Shown: positions 18,514 to 44,005 of the stretch, piece after piece
Numbering within the stretch: position 1 is the first letter of the stretch
How the letters are laid out: each line of letters starts with the position of its first letter
Assembly: GCA_964016885.1 (NCBI GenBank)
Contig: CAXHJY010001219.1
Span: 1-50,985 of the forward strand
DNA length: 50,985 nt
From: Eledone cirrhosa
Lineage: Eukaryota
Reading direction: 5' to 3'
Position numbers and translations under genes: made by a program
Notes under the pieces: model-generated
The model's database searches: none
Told to the model about the DNA's origin: nothing
The model's input: the letters and a program-made list of their open reading frames with translations, nothing else

Positions 18514-20879
18514 TAACTTTGAATAACTTTGAAATGTTTTGGCCAGTATTGGCCCAGGCCATGTCTAACTTAATAGCACCACCTGGCGAAGTCTTTCAAT
18601 TCAGGATTTGGGCACCATGGCCCATTCGAGAAGAGAATTACTGTTTGCGGAGACATATCCGGGTGTGTGTGGTTTGTCCGGGATTACTTGGAGGAATTTG
18701 TCCAAAGACTTCTTGAATTTTGTGTGGTCAGTTTCTGTTTTGACGTGTCCTGGTGTGATGTTGAAGAGAGCAGGGCCGATTGAGGTGAAATAATTGTGCC
18801 GTATTGTTGTTATGAGTTGCGATTTAGATTTTTGAATGGGACGGATAGCACGGGGCCCAAGGCTTGGGTGTATCTTGAAGGCGATGCCAACATCATTTGG
18901 GCAGTGATGATGGAACATTTTCCACATCATGCAGATAATATAACGCTCACGGCGACGTTGGAGTGAGTAAAGTTTCAGGTTTTCTAATCGACCCCAGTAG
19001 TCAAGGTCTGACATGCCATCTATCTTTTTCGTGATTGCCCTTTGAGGAGCTTCAAGTTTAATGATACTTTGTTTCGTGTGGGGAGACCACAGTGGACAAC
19101 AGTATTCAAGGTGTGGTCGGGCGAAAGTAGAGAAGAGAAGGATAATGGTGCGGGAATCTCTCGACTGGAAGGTTCTGAGGATCCAGGAACACATTCTGCG
19201 GGCCATGTCAACTTTGCTGCTTATATGCGTGGTCCAGCTTATGTTGCTGTCCACGGTTACTCCCAAGTCTCTGATGTTGTTAGATGCCACGAGAGTTTCC
19301 CCGGAGGGAAGGGGGTACGGGAGTTTCAGAGCGTCCTCTTTTCCAAAGTGGATCAGTTCGAATTTGTCTTCGTTCAGTAACATGTTGTTCTTTTCTGCCC
19401 ATTGGGTAACAGCCAGTAGGTCTGACTGAAGGCTTATCCGGTCATCCACGCCATTGATGACCTTTTGGCGCTTGGAATCATCAGCGAAAATTTTAATGTT
19501 GCTGTGTTTGATGATGTCAGTGATGTCATTAATATAGATGATGAAGAGAAGTGGGCCCAACACAGTGCCTTGTGGGACCCCACTACTGACTTTGGCTGGG
19601 CTTGATTTGACTCCCTCAACTACAACATGTTGGGTTCTGTTTGACAGGAAGCTCTTGATCCACTGCAGCAGCTTTCCAGTGACACCAATATTGGACAGCT
19701 TTCTCAGTAGAATGTTATGATCAACCCTGTCAAAGGCCTTGCTGAAATCAAGGTAGATAACATCAGTGTTGGAACCCTCTCCCAAGGCTCTCAAAATGTC
19801 ATCAAAGTGATGCAGTAGCTGCGTCAGGCAATCCCTTCCATTACGGAATCCATGCTGGTTGGAGTTCAGCATATTGTTACTCTCAAGGAAGTGGGTCATT
19901 CGGGATCTCACCACTCGCTCAAATACCTTAATGATATGAGAGGTGAGTGAGATTGGACGGTAATTCACGGCAAGGGATTTGTTTCCCTTTTTGAAAACTG
20001 GGACAACAGACTGGGATAGAAGGTTTTCTGGCACATATCCAGCATCCAGTGAGTTCCGCCACAGATTGGCAAGAGGAGAAGCAAGTTGGTGTTGACACGC
20101 CTTCAAGACACAAGCAGGGAACCTATCGGGACCTACTGCTGAATTATGCTTGATTTCCTTTATTGCCGCCAAGACATCAGGGGCGCCAAACGTTATGTCC
20201 GATAAGGTGTAATGGGGAGTAACATCGCCGATACAGCCCAGATCGGCCATATCAGGATTGCTGAAAACAGAGCAGTATTGTTTCTGCAGTATCTCACCCA
20301 TGGTTTTAGCATTGTCTTGAAGAGTGCCATTTTCATCAATTAGAGGGCCAACAGTAGAGCCAGCGATTTTGTGTTTTTTTGCAAATGAAAAGAACACTTT
20401 GGGATTGAGTTTGATCTTCTCAATGGCCCAGGCCTCTTCAGCTCTTCTCTGATTGTTGATGAGGGACATTATGTTGTTTTGGAGGTTATGTTTTTTAATC
20501 TCTAGTGATGAAATGGCAGTCAAGTTGATGTGTTGCTGCTGACAGTATTTCAGCTTGTTGATTTTTTTGTTCGTTCTCTTAATTTTTCTGATGAGCGTTT
20601 TTCTATTTCTAGGGATTCTGCTCTTAGATTTGTTTATAGTTCTTAATGGGGTGTGTTTAGCACATATGTTTGTAACAGTGTCCACAAATGTCTGCCAGGA
20701 CTTTTTGATGTTAGTGGGTGTATGAGTTTGCGTGAAGGACCAGTCGACATGTGCAAGATCATGACTGATCGCTTCCCAGTTTGCATTGTGGAAATCCATA
20801 GCGTCAAACGGATGGACAGGAGAGATGACATTGGGTTTGTATATTGGACGGTGGAATCTCAGATCACAGAGAACCATGT
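18514..20879 (-). mobile_element. 5'-truncated CR1-group LINE (same family as 42150-47218)
   Basis: Near-identical to about 44736-47218. The 3' tail of TTCAAAGTTA repeats abuts (TA)n. Confidence 0.93.
18601..20877 (-). CDS. Truncated LINE ORF2 (tether + reverse transcriptase), reading frame open; the upstream YIYI part of the ORF-track call is microsatellite
   Basis: [62 protein letters not shown]. Confidence 0.88.
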   Translation of the reverse strand: MVLCDLRFHRPIYKPNVISPVHPFDAMDFHNANWEAISHDLAHVDWSFTQTHTPTNIKKSWQTFVDTVTNICAKHTPLRTINKSKSRIPRNRKTLIRKIKRTNKKINKLKYCQQQHINLTAISSLEIKKHNLQNNIMSLINNQRRAEEAWAIEKIKLNPKVFFSFAKKHKIAGSTVGPLIDENGTLQDNAKTMGEILQKQYCSVFSNPDMADLGCIGDVTPHYTLSDITFGAPDVLAAIKEIKHNSAVGPDRFPACVLKACQHQLASPLANLWRNSLDAGYVPENLLSQSVVPVFKKGNKSLAVNYRPISLTSHIIKVFERVVRSRMTHFLESNNMLNSNQHGFRNGRDCLTQLLHHFDDILRALGEGSNTDVIYLDFSKAFDRVDHNILLRKLSNIGVTGKLLQWIKSFLSNRTQHVVVEGVKSSPAKVSSGVPQGTVLGPLLFIIYINDITDIIKHSNIKIFADDSKRQKVINGVDDRISLQSDLLAVTQWAEKNNMLLNEDKFELIHFGKEDALKLPYPLPSGETLVASNNIRDLGVTVDSNISWTTHISSKVDMARRMCSWILRTFQSRDSRTIILLFSTFARPHLEYCCPLWSPHTKQSIIKLEAPQRAITKKIDGMSDLDYWGRLENLKLYSLQRRRERYIICMMWKMFHHHCPNDVGIAFKIHPSLGPRAIRPIQKSKSQLITTIRHNYFTSIGPALFNITPGHVKTETDHTKFKKSLDKFLQVIPDKPHTPGYVSANSNSLLEWAMVPKS

Positions 20880-25295
<4,416 letters not shown>

Positions 25296-25450
25296 TGTTA
25301 CACTTTGGGAGGGTCATGTTGCCAATAAGAAACACACGCACCAGTTGCTTTCACTTCAATTTAATTTATTAAATATTTATAAATTTACAAATTTATAAAT
25401 TTCTGGTTGGTTGGTTGGTTCCACAACCAGATAGTTGTTTATATATATAT

Positions 25451-25495
25451 AGTCATAGTTCTTTCGTCACACACTCTGTGACCTCTTCAGTGACT
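25451..25495 (-). ncRNA. Minimal type I hammerhead ribozyme, family C (left arm)
   Basis: Reverse complement of 25620-25664. Confidence 0.8.
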
Positions 25496-25619
25496 GGGGA
25501 TTTCTTTCTTCGTTTCTGTGCCTTTCCTTTCTTCTATCCTACGCCATTTTGGCGTAGGATAGAAGAAATGGCGTAGGATAGAAGAAAGGAAAGGCACAGA
25601 AACGAAGAAAGAAATCCCC

Positions 25620-25664
25620 AGTCACTGAAGAGGTCACAGAGTGTGTGACGAAAGAACTATGACT
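25620..25664 (+). ncRNA. Minimal type I hammerhead ribozyme, family C (right arm)
   Basis: AGTCA-CTGAAGA-g GTCACA gagtg TGTGAC-GAAA-GAAC-TA^TGACT; perfect 5-bp stem I, 6-bp stem II, CUA triplet. Confidence 0.82.
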
Positions 25665-25877
25665 ATATATATATAAACAACTATCTGGTTGTGGAACCAA
25701 CCAACCAACCAGAAATTTATAAATTTGTAAATTTATAAATATTTAATAAATTAAATTGAAGTGAAAGCAACTGGTGCGTGTGTTTCTTATTGGCAACATG
25801 ACCCTCCCAAAGTATAACAATATCGGTTTCAACACACGATTTCAGATAAAGAATCTTGCTAAACAAATTCAGAAACG

Positions 25878-25989
<112 letters not shown>

Positions 25990-25992
25990 ATA

Positions 25993-26216
<224 letters not shown>

Positions 26217-26243
26217 TATATACATATATATTGTCGTTAATAT

Positions 26244-26274
<31 letters not shown>

Positions 26275-26276
26275 CA

Positions 26277-29200
26277 TACATATTGTCGTTAATATTATGA
26301 TGTTCCCTGCTGTATTAGCGTTAAATTTTCCCTGCTGTATTAGCGATAAATTTTCTAGGGTTTCTCTTAGTTTTTTTCATGACGTTATTATTGTTAATTT
26401 TACTGATGTAGTATTAACTTATTAACTTGGATATTTACCATGCGGTATTCTAATCCTATTGTATCTCTCTCAGTTATTTACCATGCGACCCTCAGTTCCT
26501 ACCCCCCCCCTCTCTATGCACTTCTTTAAGGCTTACTACCCTGTCTTTAACCTAATTCATTCAATCTGAAAATATTGAAGAGATAAGATACTTTCCCATT
26601 CTTCTCTGCTAAAATGTACCACTAGAGCTGACTCCAATTATTCCAGCCATCCATCTAATCTACGAAGGTATTTTAGCCTACATATTGTCGTTAATATTAT
26701 GATGTTCCCTGCTGTATTAGCGTTAAATTTTCCCTGCTGTATTAGCGATAAATTTTCTAGGGTTTCTCTTAGTTTTTTTCATGACGTTATTATTGTTAAT
26801 TTTACTGATGTAGTATTAACTTATTAACTTGGATATTTACCATGCGGTATTCTAATCCTATTGTATCTCTCTCAGTTATTTACCATGCGACCCTCAGTTC
26901 CTACCCCCCCCCCCTCTCTATGCACTTCTTTAAGGCTTACTACCCTGTCTTTAACCTAATTCATTCAATCTGAAAATATTGAAGAGTTAAGATACTTTCC
27001 CATTCTTCTCTGCTAAAATGTACCACTAGAGCTGACTCCAATTATTCCAGCCATCCATCTAATCTACGAAGGTATTTTAGCCTACATATTGTCGTTAATA
27101 TTATGATGTTCCCTGCTGTATTAGCGTTAAATTTTCCCTGCTGTATTAGCGATAAATTTTCTAGGGTTTCTCTTAGTTTTTTTCATGACGTTATTATTGT
27201 TAATTTTACTGATGTAGTATTAACTTATTAACTTGGATATTTACCATGCGGTATTCTAATCCTATTGTATCTCTCTCAGTTATTTACCATGCGACCCTCA
27301 GTTCCTACCCCCCTCCCCCTCTCTATGCACTTCTTTAAGGCTTACTACCCTGTCTTTAACCTAATTCATTCAATCTGAAAATATTGAAGAGTTAAGATAC
27401 TTTCCCATTCTTCTCTGCTAAAATGTACCACTAGAGCTGACTCCAATTATTCCAGCCATCCATCTAATCTACGAAGGTATTTTAGCCTACATATTGTCGT
27501 TAATATTATGATGTTCCCTGCTGTATTAGCGTTAAATTTTCCCTGCTGTATTAGCGATAAATTTTCTAGGGTTTCTCTTAGTTTTTTTTTTTTTTTTTTT
27601 TTTTTTTTTCATGACGTTATTATTGTTAATTTTACTGATGTAGTATTAACTTATTAACTTGGATATTTACCATGCGACCCTCAGTTCCTACCCACCCCCC
27701 CCTCTCTATGCACTTCTTTAAGGCTTACTACCCTGTCTTTAACCTAATTCATTCAATCTGAAAATATTGAAGAGTTAAGATACTTTCCCATTCTTCTCTG
27801 CTAAAATGTACCACTAGAGCTGACTCCAATTATTCCAGCCATCCATCTAATCTACGAAGGTATTTTAGCCTACATATTGTCGTTAATATTATGATGTTCC
27901 CTGCTGTATTAGCGTTAAATTTTCCCTGCTGTATTAGCGATAAATTTTCTAGGGTTTCTCTTAGTTTTTTTCATGACGTTATTATTGTTAATTTTACTGA
28001 TGTAGTATTAACTTATTAACTTGGATATTTACCATGCGACCCTCAGTTCCTACCCCCCCCCCTCTCTATGCACTTCTTTAAGGCTTACTACCCTGTCTTT
28101 AACCTAATTCATTCAATCTGAAAATATTGAAGAGTTAAGATACTTTCCCATTCTTCTCTGCTAAAATGTACCACTAGAGCTGACTCCAATTATTCCAGCC
28201 ATCCATCTAATCTACGAAGGTATTTTAGCCTACATATTGTCGTTAATATTATGATGTTCCCTGCTGTATTAGCGTTAAATTTTCCCTGCTGTATTAGCGA
28301 TAAATTTTCTAGGGTTTCTCTTAGTTTTTTTCATGACGTTATTATTGTTAATTTTACTGATGTAGTATTAACTTATTAACTTGGATATTTACCATGCGAC
28401 CCTCAGTTCCTACCCCCCCCCCCTCTCTATGCACTTCTTTAAGGCTTACTACCCTGTCTTTAACCTAATTCATTCAATCTGAAAATATTGAAGAGTTAAG
28501 ATACTTTCCCATTCTTCTCTGCTAAAATGTACCACTAGAGCTGACTCCAATTATTCCAGCCATCCATCTAATCTACGAAGGTATTTTAGCCTACATATTG
28601 TCGTTAATATTATGATGTTCCCTGCTGTATTAGCGTTAAATTTTCCCTGCTGTATTAGCGATAAATTTTCTAGGGTTTCTCTTAGTTTTTTTCATGACGT
28701 TATTATTGTTAATTTTACTGATGTAGTATTAACTTATTAACTTGGATATTTACCATGCGACCCTCAGTTCCTACCCCCCCCCTCTCTATGCACTTCTTTA
28801 AGGCTTACTACCCTGTCTTTAACCTAATTCATTCAATCTGAAAATATTGAAGAGTTAAGATACTTTCCCATTCTTCTCTGCTAAAATGTACCACTAGAGC
28901 TGACTCCAATTATTCCAGCCATCCATCTAATCTACGAAGGTATTTTAGCCTACATATTGTCGTTAATATTATGATGTTCCCTGCTGTATTAGCGTTAAAT
29001 TTTCCCTGCTGTATTAGCGATAAATTTTCTAGGGTTTCTCTTAGTTTTTTTCATGACGTTATTATTGTTAATTTTACTGATGTAGTATTAACTTATTAAC
29101 TTGGATATTTACCATGCGACCCTCAGTTCCTACCCCCCCCCCCCCTCTCTATGCACTTCTTTAAGGCTTACTACCCTGTCTTTAACCTAATTCATTCAAT

Positions 29201-30948
29201 CTGAAAATATTGAAGAGTTAAGATACTTTCCCATTCTTCTCTGCTAAAATGTACCACTAGAGCTGACTCCAATTATTCCAGCCATCCATCTAATCTACGA
29301 AGGTATTTTAGCCTACATATTGTCGTTAATATTATGATGTTCCCTGCTGTATTAGCGTTAAATTTTCCCTGCTGTATTAGCGATAAATTTTCTAGGGTTT
29401 CTCTTAGTTTTTTTCATGACGTTATTATTGTTAATTTTACTGATGTAGTATTAACTTATTAACTTGGATATTTACCATGCGACCCCTCAGTTCCTACCCC
29501 CCCCCCCTCTCTATGCACTTCTTTAAGGCTTACTACCCTGTCTTTAACCTAATTCATTCAATCTGAAAATATTGAAGAGTTAAGATACTTTCCCATTCTT
29601 CTCTGCTAAAATGTACCACTAGAGCTGACTCCAATTATTCCAGCCATCCATCTAATCTACGAAGGTATTTTAGCCTACATATTGTCGTTAATATTATGAT
29701 GTTCCCTGCTGTATTAGCGTTAAATTTTCCCTGCTGTATTAGCGATAAATTTTCTAGGGTTTCTCTTAGTTTTTTTCATGACGTTATTATTGTTAATTTT
29801 ACTGATGTAGTATTAACTTATTAACTTGGATATTTACCATGCGACCCTCAGTTCCTACCCCCCCCCCCTCTCTATGCACTTCTTTAAGGCTTACTACCCT
29901 GTCTTTAACCTAATTCATTCAATCTGAAAATATTGAAGAGTTAAGATACTTTCCCATTCTCTCTGCTAAAATGTACCACTAGAGCTGACTCCAATTATTC
30001 CAGCCATCCATCTAATTCTACGAAGGTATTTTAGCCTACATATTGTCGTTAATATTATGATGTTCCCTGCTGTATTAGCGTTAAATTTTCCCTGCTGTAT
30101 TAGCGATAAATTTTCTAGGGTTTCTCTTAGTTTTTTTCATGACGTTATTATTGTTAATTTTACTGATGTAGTATTAACTTATTAACTTGGATATTTACCA
30201 TGCGACCCTCAGTTCCTACCCCCCCCCCCCCCCCTCTCTATGCACTTCTTTAAGGCTTACTACCCTGTCTTTAACCTAATTCATTCATTCTGAAAATATT
30301 GAAGAGTTAAGATACTTTCCCATTCTTCTCTGCTAAAATGTACCACTAGAGCTGACTCCAATTATTCCAGCCATCCATCTAATCTACGAAGGTATTTTAG
30401 CCTACATATTGTCGTTAATATTATGATGTTCCCTGCTGTATTAGCGTTAAATTTTCCCTGCTGTATTAGCGATAAATTTTCTAGGGTTTCTCTTAGTTTT
30501 TTTCATGACGTTATTATTGTTAATTTTACTGATGTAGTATTAACTTATTAACTTGGATATTTACCATGCGACCCTCAGTTCCTACCCCCCCCCCCCTCTC
30601 TATGCACTTCTTTAAGGCTTACTACCCTGTCTTTAACCTAATTCATTCAATCTGAAAATATTGAAGAGTTAAGATACTTTCCCATTCTTCTCTGCTAAAA
30701 TGTACCACTAGAGCTGACTCCAATTATTCCAGCCATCCATCTAATCTACGAAGGTATTTTAGCCTACATATTGTCGTTAATATTATGATGTTCCCTGCTG
30801 TATTAGCGTTAAATTTTCCCTGCTGTATTAGCGATAAATTTTCTAGGGTTTCTCTTAGTTTTTTTCATGACGTTATTATTGTTAATTTTACTGATGTAGT
30901 ATTAACTTATTAACTTGGATATTTACCATGCGACCCTCAGTTCCTACC
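26277..30948. repeat. Tandem array of 12 full plus one half ~360-bp monomers (first three ~403 bp)
   Basis: TATTGTCGTTAAT starts at 26281, 26683, 27087, 27492, 27875, 28235, 28596, 28955, 29318, 29680, 30041, 30407 and 30769. Confidence 0.97.
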
Positions 30949-31188
30949 TCACAATTTCCCTCCCCCCCACCCCTACACACCACCATAGTCTATTCGACCA
31001 ATCAAACCTAGCATGCCATTTCCACTGCTGCTGCTACTACCTGCCTAACTAACTCTCTCCTCCTCTGGCGCATCCCAACACACCCTGCCATTACCCCACC
31101 ACCACTGTTCTTCTAGCCCTCAATTTTCCCACCGTTATGGATGGATGAGCTGGGAATACACGAGCAACTCTGAATCAATAGATGAAAT

Positions 31189-34100
31189 ATGAATCTGCGA
31201 GCTACCAAGCACCCACGTGAAGCGCCAACCCAGAGACCCTCCCCTACGAGTGTCGACAAATGCCCAAAACTCCGAGTTGGTACCATCAATGTAGGCTCAA
31301 TGAAAGGAAGAGCAGGAGAAATCGTAGAAATGCTAGAGCGAAAGGAAGTTGATGTATGCTGTGTGCAAGAGACTAGATGGAGAGGAGGGTCTGCTAGAGT
31401 CCTTGTAGGAAAAAGCCAGTGCTACAAATTTTTCTGGGTGGGAAATGACGATGGGATGGGTGGTGTAGGTATACTATTAGCTGACAAGTGGGTAGATAAA
31501 GTAATCTCAGTGTACAGGGTAAATGCAAGAATCATTAAACTTAGACTAGTCCTGAATAAGACAATTACCACAATAATATCAGCTTACGCACCCCAATCGG
31601 GGCTGCCAGACGAACTTAAGGATAGGTTTTACGAGTCCCTAATACACACTACTGCTCTAACAGACGACAAGGACTTCCTAATCATTGCAGGAGATTTTAA
31701 CGGACACGTAGGTAAACACTGCGACGGCTTCAATAGAGTACATGGAGGCCATGGAGTTGGCACAAGGAATGAGGAAGGATTCAGACTTCTAGAATTCTGC
31801 GACGCCAATGACATGTCGATATGTAACACAAACTTTAAAAAACCCGACAACCACCTGATCACCTATAGATCAGGGGAGCACTCTAGTCAGTTAGATTTTA
31901 TCCTCATCAGAGGACGTGACAGATGGACGGTCGTAAACACAAAAGCCTTCCCTAGTGAGGAATGTACATCCCAACATAGCTTAGTTGTCAGCGACCTCAC
32001 GGTCAGAACTAGACGAGCCCTGAAACAGAGGCCAACCTGGAGAAGAAAGATCTGGAAGCTGAAAGTCCCCTCAACCAGTAACAGATTTAAAGATATTTTA
32101 CTCAACGCCTACGACAGTAAAGAAGAACAGATAGAGACATTTAACGTAGAAGAGAACTGGGAGTTCCTAAAAAATAACTTACTAGAGGCGACGGATGAGG
32201 TTTGTGGCTGGAGTAAGACCTCAAGCAGGAGGAGAGTGACTTGGTGGTGGAACAATAAGGTAGATGAAGCAGTCAAGGCCAAGAGACAGGCATGGAAAGA
32301 ATGGAAGAACGGGGGGAGCAGGGTACATTACATAGAGACCAAGAGGGAAGCTAGGCGACAAGTATACTTAGCTAGGAGGGAAGCAGAGGATAGAAAATTC
32401 AAGCATGTTTTACAACGTGAGGACCAGAAACAGGAGGTATTCAAGATTGCGAGGCAGTGTGTCAGAGATAGTTGTGATGTCATTGGAGAGAAGTGTATCC
32501 GGAATGATAAAGGTGAGCTTGCCCTCACAAGTGCTGAGAAGAAAGATGCATGGAAGAGTCATTATGATAGATTACTAAATGAGGAGAATGCATGGGAAGA
32601 AGAGACCCTACCCCACGTAGACCCTATAGAGGGACCAGCAGTACAAGTCAGCGGCAGCGTAGTAAGTAAGGCAATCAGAGATATGAAGATAGGGAAGGCA
32701 ACCGGTCCATCGGGTATAGCTGCCGAGATGCTGAAGGCATCTGGGTCTGTAGGTCACACTATAACCACACGTATCGTTAACCAGGTAATACTAGAGGGGG
32801 CCATACCAAAAGATTGGTGCAGTAGCATCATTGTCAACTGCTACAAAGGTAAAGGCGATGCACTAGATAGAGGAAACTATAGAGGTATAAAGTTGATGGA
32901 CCAGGTCATGAAAGTAACAGAAAGAGTTATAGCACAGCTGATTAGGGACCGGGTGAATATAGACGAGATGCAATTTGGGTTTGTACCAGGGAAAGGCACC
33001 ACTGATGCCCTCTTCCTTGTGAGGCAATTACAGGAAAAGTACCTAGCTAAAAGTAAGCCACTCTACTTGGCATTTGTCGACCTTGAGAAAGCCTTTGACA
33101 GAGTTCCACGTGCAGTAATCTGGTGGGCTCTTAGAAAACTAGGAGTAGATGAATGGCTTGTGAAAGCGGTACAAGCCATGTATAGGGGAGCAGTCAGCAA
33201 AGTTAGGATTGGCAATGAGTATAGCGAGGAATTTAGCGTACAGGTTGGGGTCCACCAGGGCTCTGTTCTTAGCCCTCTCCTGTTCATCATAGTCCTGCAG
33301 GCAATAACGGAGGAGTTTAAGACCGGATGCCCATGGGAACTCCTGTATGCTGATGACCTCGCACTCATAGCTGAATCTATGGTAGAACTAGAGAATAAAT
33401 TCCAAACCTGGAAGCAGGGACTAGAGAGAAAGGGCCTCAAAGTCAACATGACAAAGACTAAGGTCCTTGTAAGTAGACGAGAAAACAGAACCCAGATCCC
33501 CTCAGGGAAATGGCCTTGCTCAGTATGTAGGAAAGGTGTAGGTAGAAACTCCATTCTCTGCCCCAAATGCAAACAATGGGTACACAAGAGATGTAGCGGG
33601 ATCTCAGGAAGCTTAATTAAGAATGTAGGATTCACATGCAGCAGCTGTGCTGAAACAGCAAGCAAACAGCCACAGGAAACAAGTACCACCAATCTCTGGG
33701 AGGGCCCTGTAGAAACGGTAGACAGCTTCTGCTACCTAGGTGACCGAATTAGCAACGGAGGTGGGTGCTCAGAAAGTACAATAACTAGGGTAAGAACGGG
33801 ATGGAAGAAGTTTAGGGAACTACTACCACTGCTAGCTGCAAAAGGCTTCTCCCTCAGAATGAAAGGCAGACTGTATGATGCGTGTATCCGAACAGCGATG
33901 TTGCATGGTAGTGAGACCTGGGCGCTGAAGGTGGAAGACTTACGTAGATTAGAGAGAAACGAAGCCTGCATGCTCCGATGGATGTGTAACAGTAATATAC
34001 GTGAACGACAAAGCATATATGAATTGAGAGAGAGACTGAGCATAAGAGAATCAAATGCTGCGTGCAGGAGAGGCGGTTACGCTGGTATGGACATGTGATG

Positions 34101-34307
34101 CGTATGAAGGATGACAGCTGCATAAAAAGGTGCAGAGCACTAGAAGTTGATGGAAACCGCGGAGTGGGGAGACCCAAGATGACTTGGGATGAGGTGATAA
34201 AAGCCGACCTTACCCAACTACACCTCTCAAAGTCAATGACACACGACCGTGACTTCTGGCGTCACGCAGTAATACAGGGTACCCGACCTCCCATGGGTAC
34301 ATGCTGA
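31189..34307 (+). CDS. RTE ORF: APE endonuclease + reverse transcriptase + PHD-like zinc finger; one 1-nt frameshift near 34048
   Basis: [69 protein letters not shown]; the C-terminal [13 protein letters not shown] continues in ORF 34062-34307. Confidence 0.92.
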
Positions 34308-34357
34308 AGCATATAAACAATATGCCCCCCCCCCCTCCACCGCAAGGTGGCCGTGGA

Positions 34358-42149
<7,792 letters not shown>

Positions 42150-42227
42150 GTGTTTTTACTTCTCTCCCCGAGTAAGCAGCAAGTCACACAGCCACAAAAC
42201 AAAACCACAAGACAAAACCAAACAAAC

Positions 42228-42818
42228 AAAAATTGACCGGTTAATACATTTACATACATCTATATTATTATATATTTGAAAATTGACCGGTTAATACATT
42301 TTTCATACATCTATATTATTATATATTTGAAACACGTGTTTTCGAACTTGTGAGTACATTTTCCTTTAACTACAAATTATTATTATATACTTTCGTCTTT
42401 TCATTAACTTAATTAATTTCAAATAACCAGAATATACATATATATATATATATATACTCATATTTATATATATACGCTTCTCACTCACACACAAGAAAAA
42501 CAAAAAACAAAAATAAATCAAAAATAAATTTAAAAAAATATATATATATATTGAAATACTTAACTAAAACACACACACACGAACTTGTGAGTACATTTTC
42601 CTTTAACTACAAATTATTATTATATACTTTCGTCTTTTCATTAACTTAATTAATTTCAAATAACCAGAATATACATATATATATATATATATACTCATAT
42701 TTATATATATACGCTTCTCACTCACACACAAGAAAAACAAAAAACAAAAATGAATCAAAAATAAATTAAAAAAAAATATATATATATATTGAAATACTTA
42801 ACTAAAACACACACACAC
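42228..42818. repeat. Tandem duplications in the LINE 5' UTR (2 x ~50 bp and 2 x 237 bp)
   Basis: AAAATTGACCGGTTAATACATTT occurs twice; CGAACTTGTGAGTACATTTTCC starts at 42343 and 42580. Confidence 0.9.
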
Positions 42819-42829
42819 TCAAAACTAGA

Positions 42830-44005
42830 ATGGCTAACCAGCAAAAATCCAAACAGAACTGGTCTGATAATGAAATCGACATTCTAATAAACACATGGCA
42901 TTGCCTTTCCCAAACTGAAGACATACATGCTTCACGTCTGAACGACATTGCTAAACGTACAGTTCAATTTTTGAAAACTCGATCTGAACAACAGATTCAA
43001 AATAAATTAAAGCAAATCGAAATTGCTTTTAAATTAATCAATAAACATTTGGATAAACTACGGTGTGTTTTCTCTTCGAATGCTGTCCAGCAGCAGCAAC
43101 AACAACAACAGCAGCTACAACAGCAACAACAACAACAGCTACAACAACAACATCAACAACAGCTACAACAACAACATCAACAACAGCAACAACAACAACA
43201 ACGACAACAACAGTGTGAACCACTCCTTGATTCATCAACAATGGCCGATCTACTAAATGAAACTATTGACCCCCCAGTAGCCTCTGTCTCACAGCATGAA
43301 ACGCCACATCCTTTCTCTGGCCCAGCAGTCCAATCATCACCACTGCCAACATCTCTGCCTACTACTACTACTACTACTACAACATTTTTGTCTACTGCTA
43401 TGTCAAGGAATTTACCTTCTAATACCAGAACAAGAACTCTCCCTCCCACAGTCCACAAAGGTCGTCAAATCCTACCCAAACCATCATCTACACCTCTCAC
43501 AACACCCACACCCACATACCCACCCACTCGAAACCCCATCATTTGCCGCTACTCTCTACGCTATAGAATATGTACGGATAGTGGCTGCAAATTCACCCAT
43601 TTACCTAGGACAAAACGATCTATCCCCACAAACAGCCACCACCATAATACATACTCTAATTTAACACCAACACAACCACCAATAACTCAAACAAGGAATC
43701 CACAAATCTGCCGTTTTTCCCTGCAAGACAGATTGTGTTTAGACCGGGATTGTCCCTTTACCCATCTCCCGGGGACCCGTCGGATAAATGAAAATAAAAT
43801 TAAAAATAAAAGCAAAAACAAAAACCATAACCTACATAAAAATAACCACTACCACAGTCACCAACAGTCTTCTAAACAGGAAACTTCTTCCTCTTTTTTA
43901 GCCATAATGAATCTGGCAAAAGAACTGGAAAAAAACATTCGAGCTATCACCCAGCACCACCCTCCACTATCACCCCACTGCACAAACTCCCATTGCTGCC
44001 ATTAA
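42830..44005 (+). CDS. LINE ORF1 (391 aa): Myb/SANT-like N-terminus, polyQ, Pro/Thr-rich linker, two CCCH zinc fingers
   Basis: [13 protein letters not shown]...[13 protein letters not shown]; [19 protein letters not shown] and [19 protein letters not shown] (both C-x8-C-x4-C-x3-H). Confidence 0.85.
   Translation: MANQQKSKQNWSDNEIDILINTWHCLSQTEDIHASRLNDIAKRTVQFLKTRSEQQIQNKLKQIEIAFKLINKHLDKLRCVFSSNAVQQQQQQQQQLQQQQQQQLQQQHQQQLQQQHQQQQQQQQRQQQCEPLLDSSTMADLLNETIDPPVASVSQHETPHPFSGPAVQSSPLPTSLPTTTTTTTTFLSTAMSRNLPSNTRTRTLPPTVHKGRQILPKPSSTPLTTPTPTYPPTRNPIICRYSLRYRICTDSGCKFTHLPRTKRSIPTNSHHHNTYSNLTPTQPPITQTRNPQICRFSLQDRLCLDRDCPFTHLPGTRRINENKIKNKSKNKNHNLHKNNHYHSHQQSSKQETSSSFLAIMNLAKELEKNIRAITQHHPPLSPHCTNSHCCH

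Noticed and set aside
26277-30948. Hammerhead in the ~360-bp monomer (CTGATGTA; CTGACT...CGAAGGTA)
   Set aside because: No CTGANGA core with GAAA and compatible stems on either strand.
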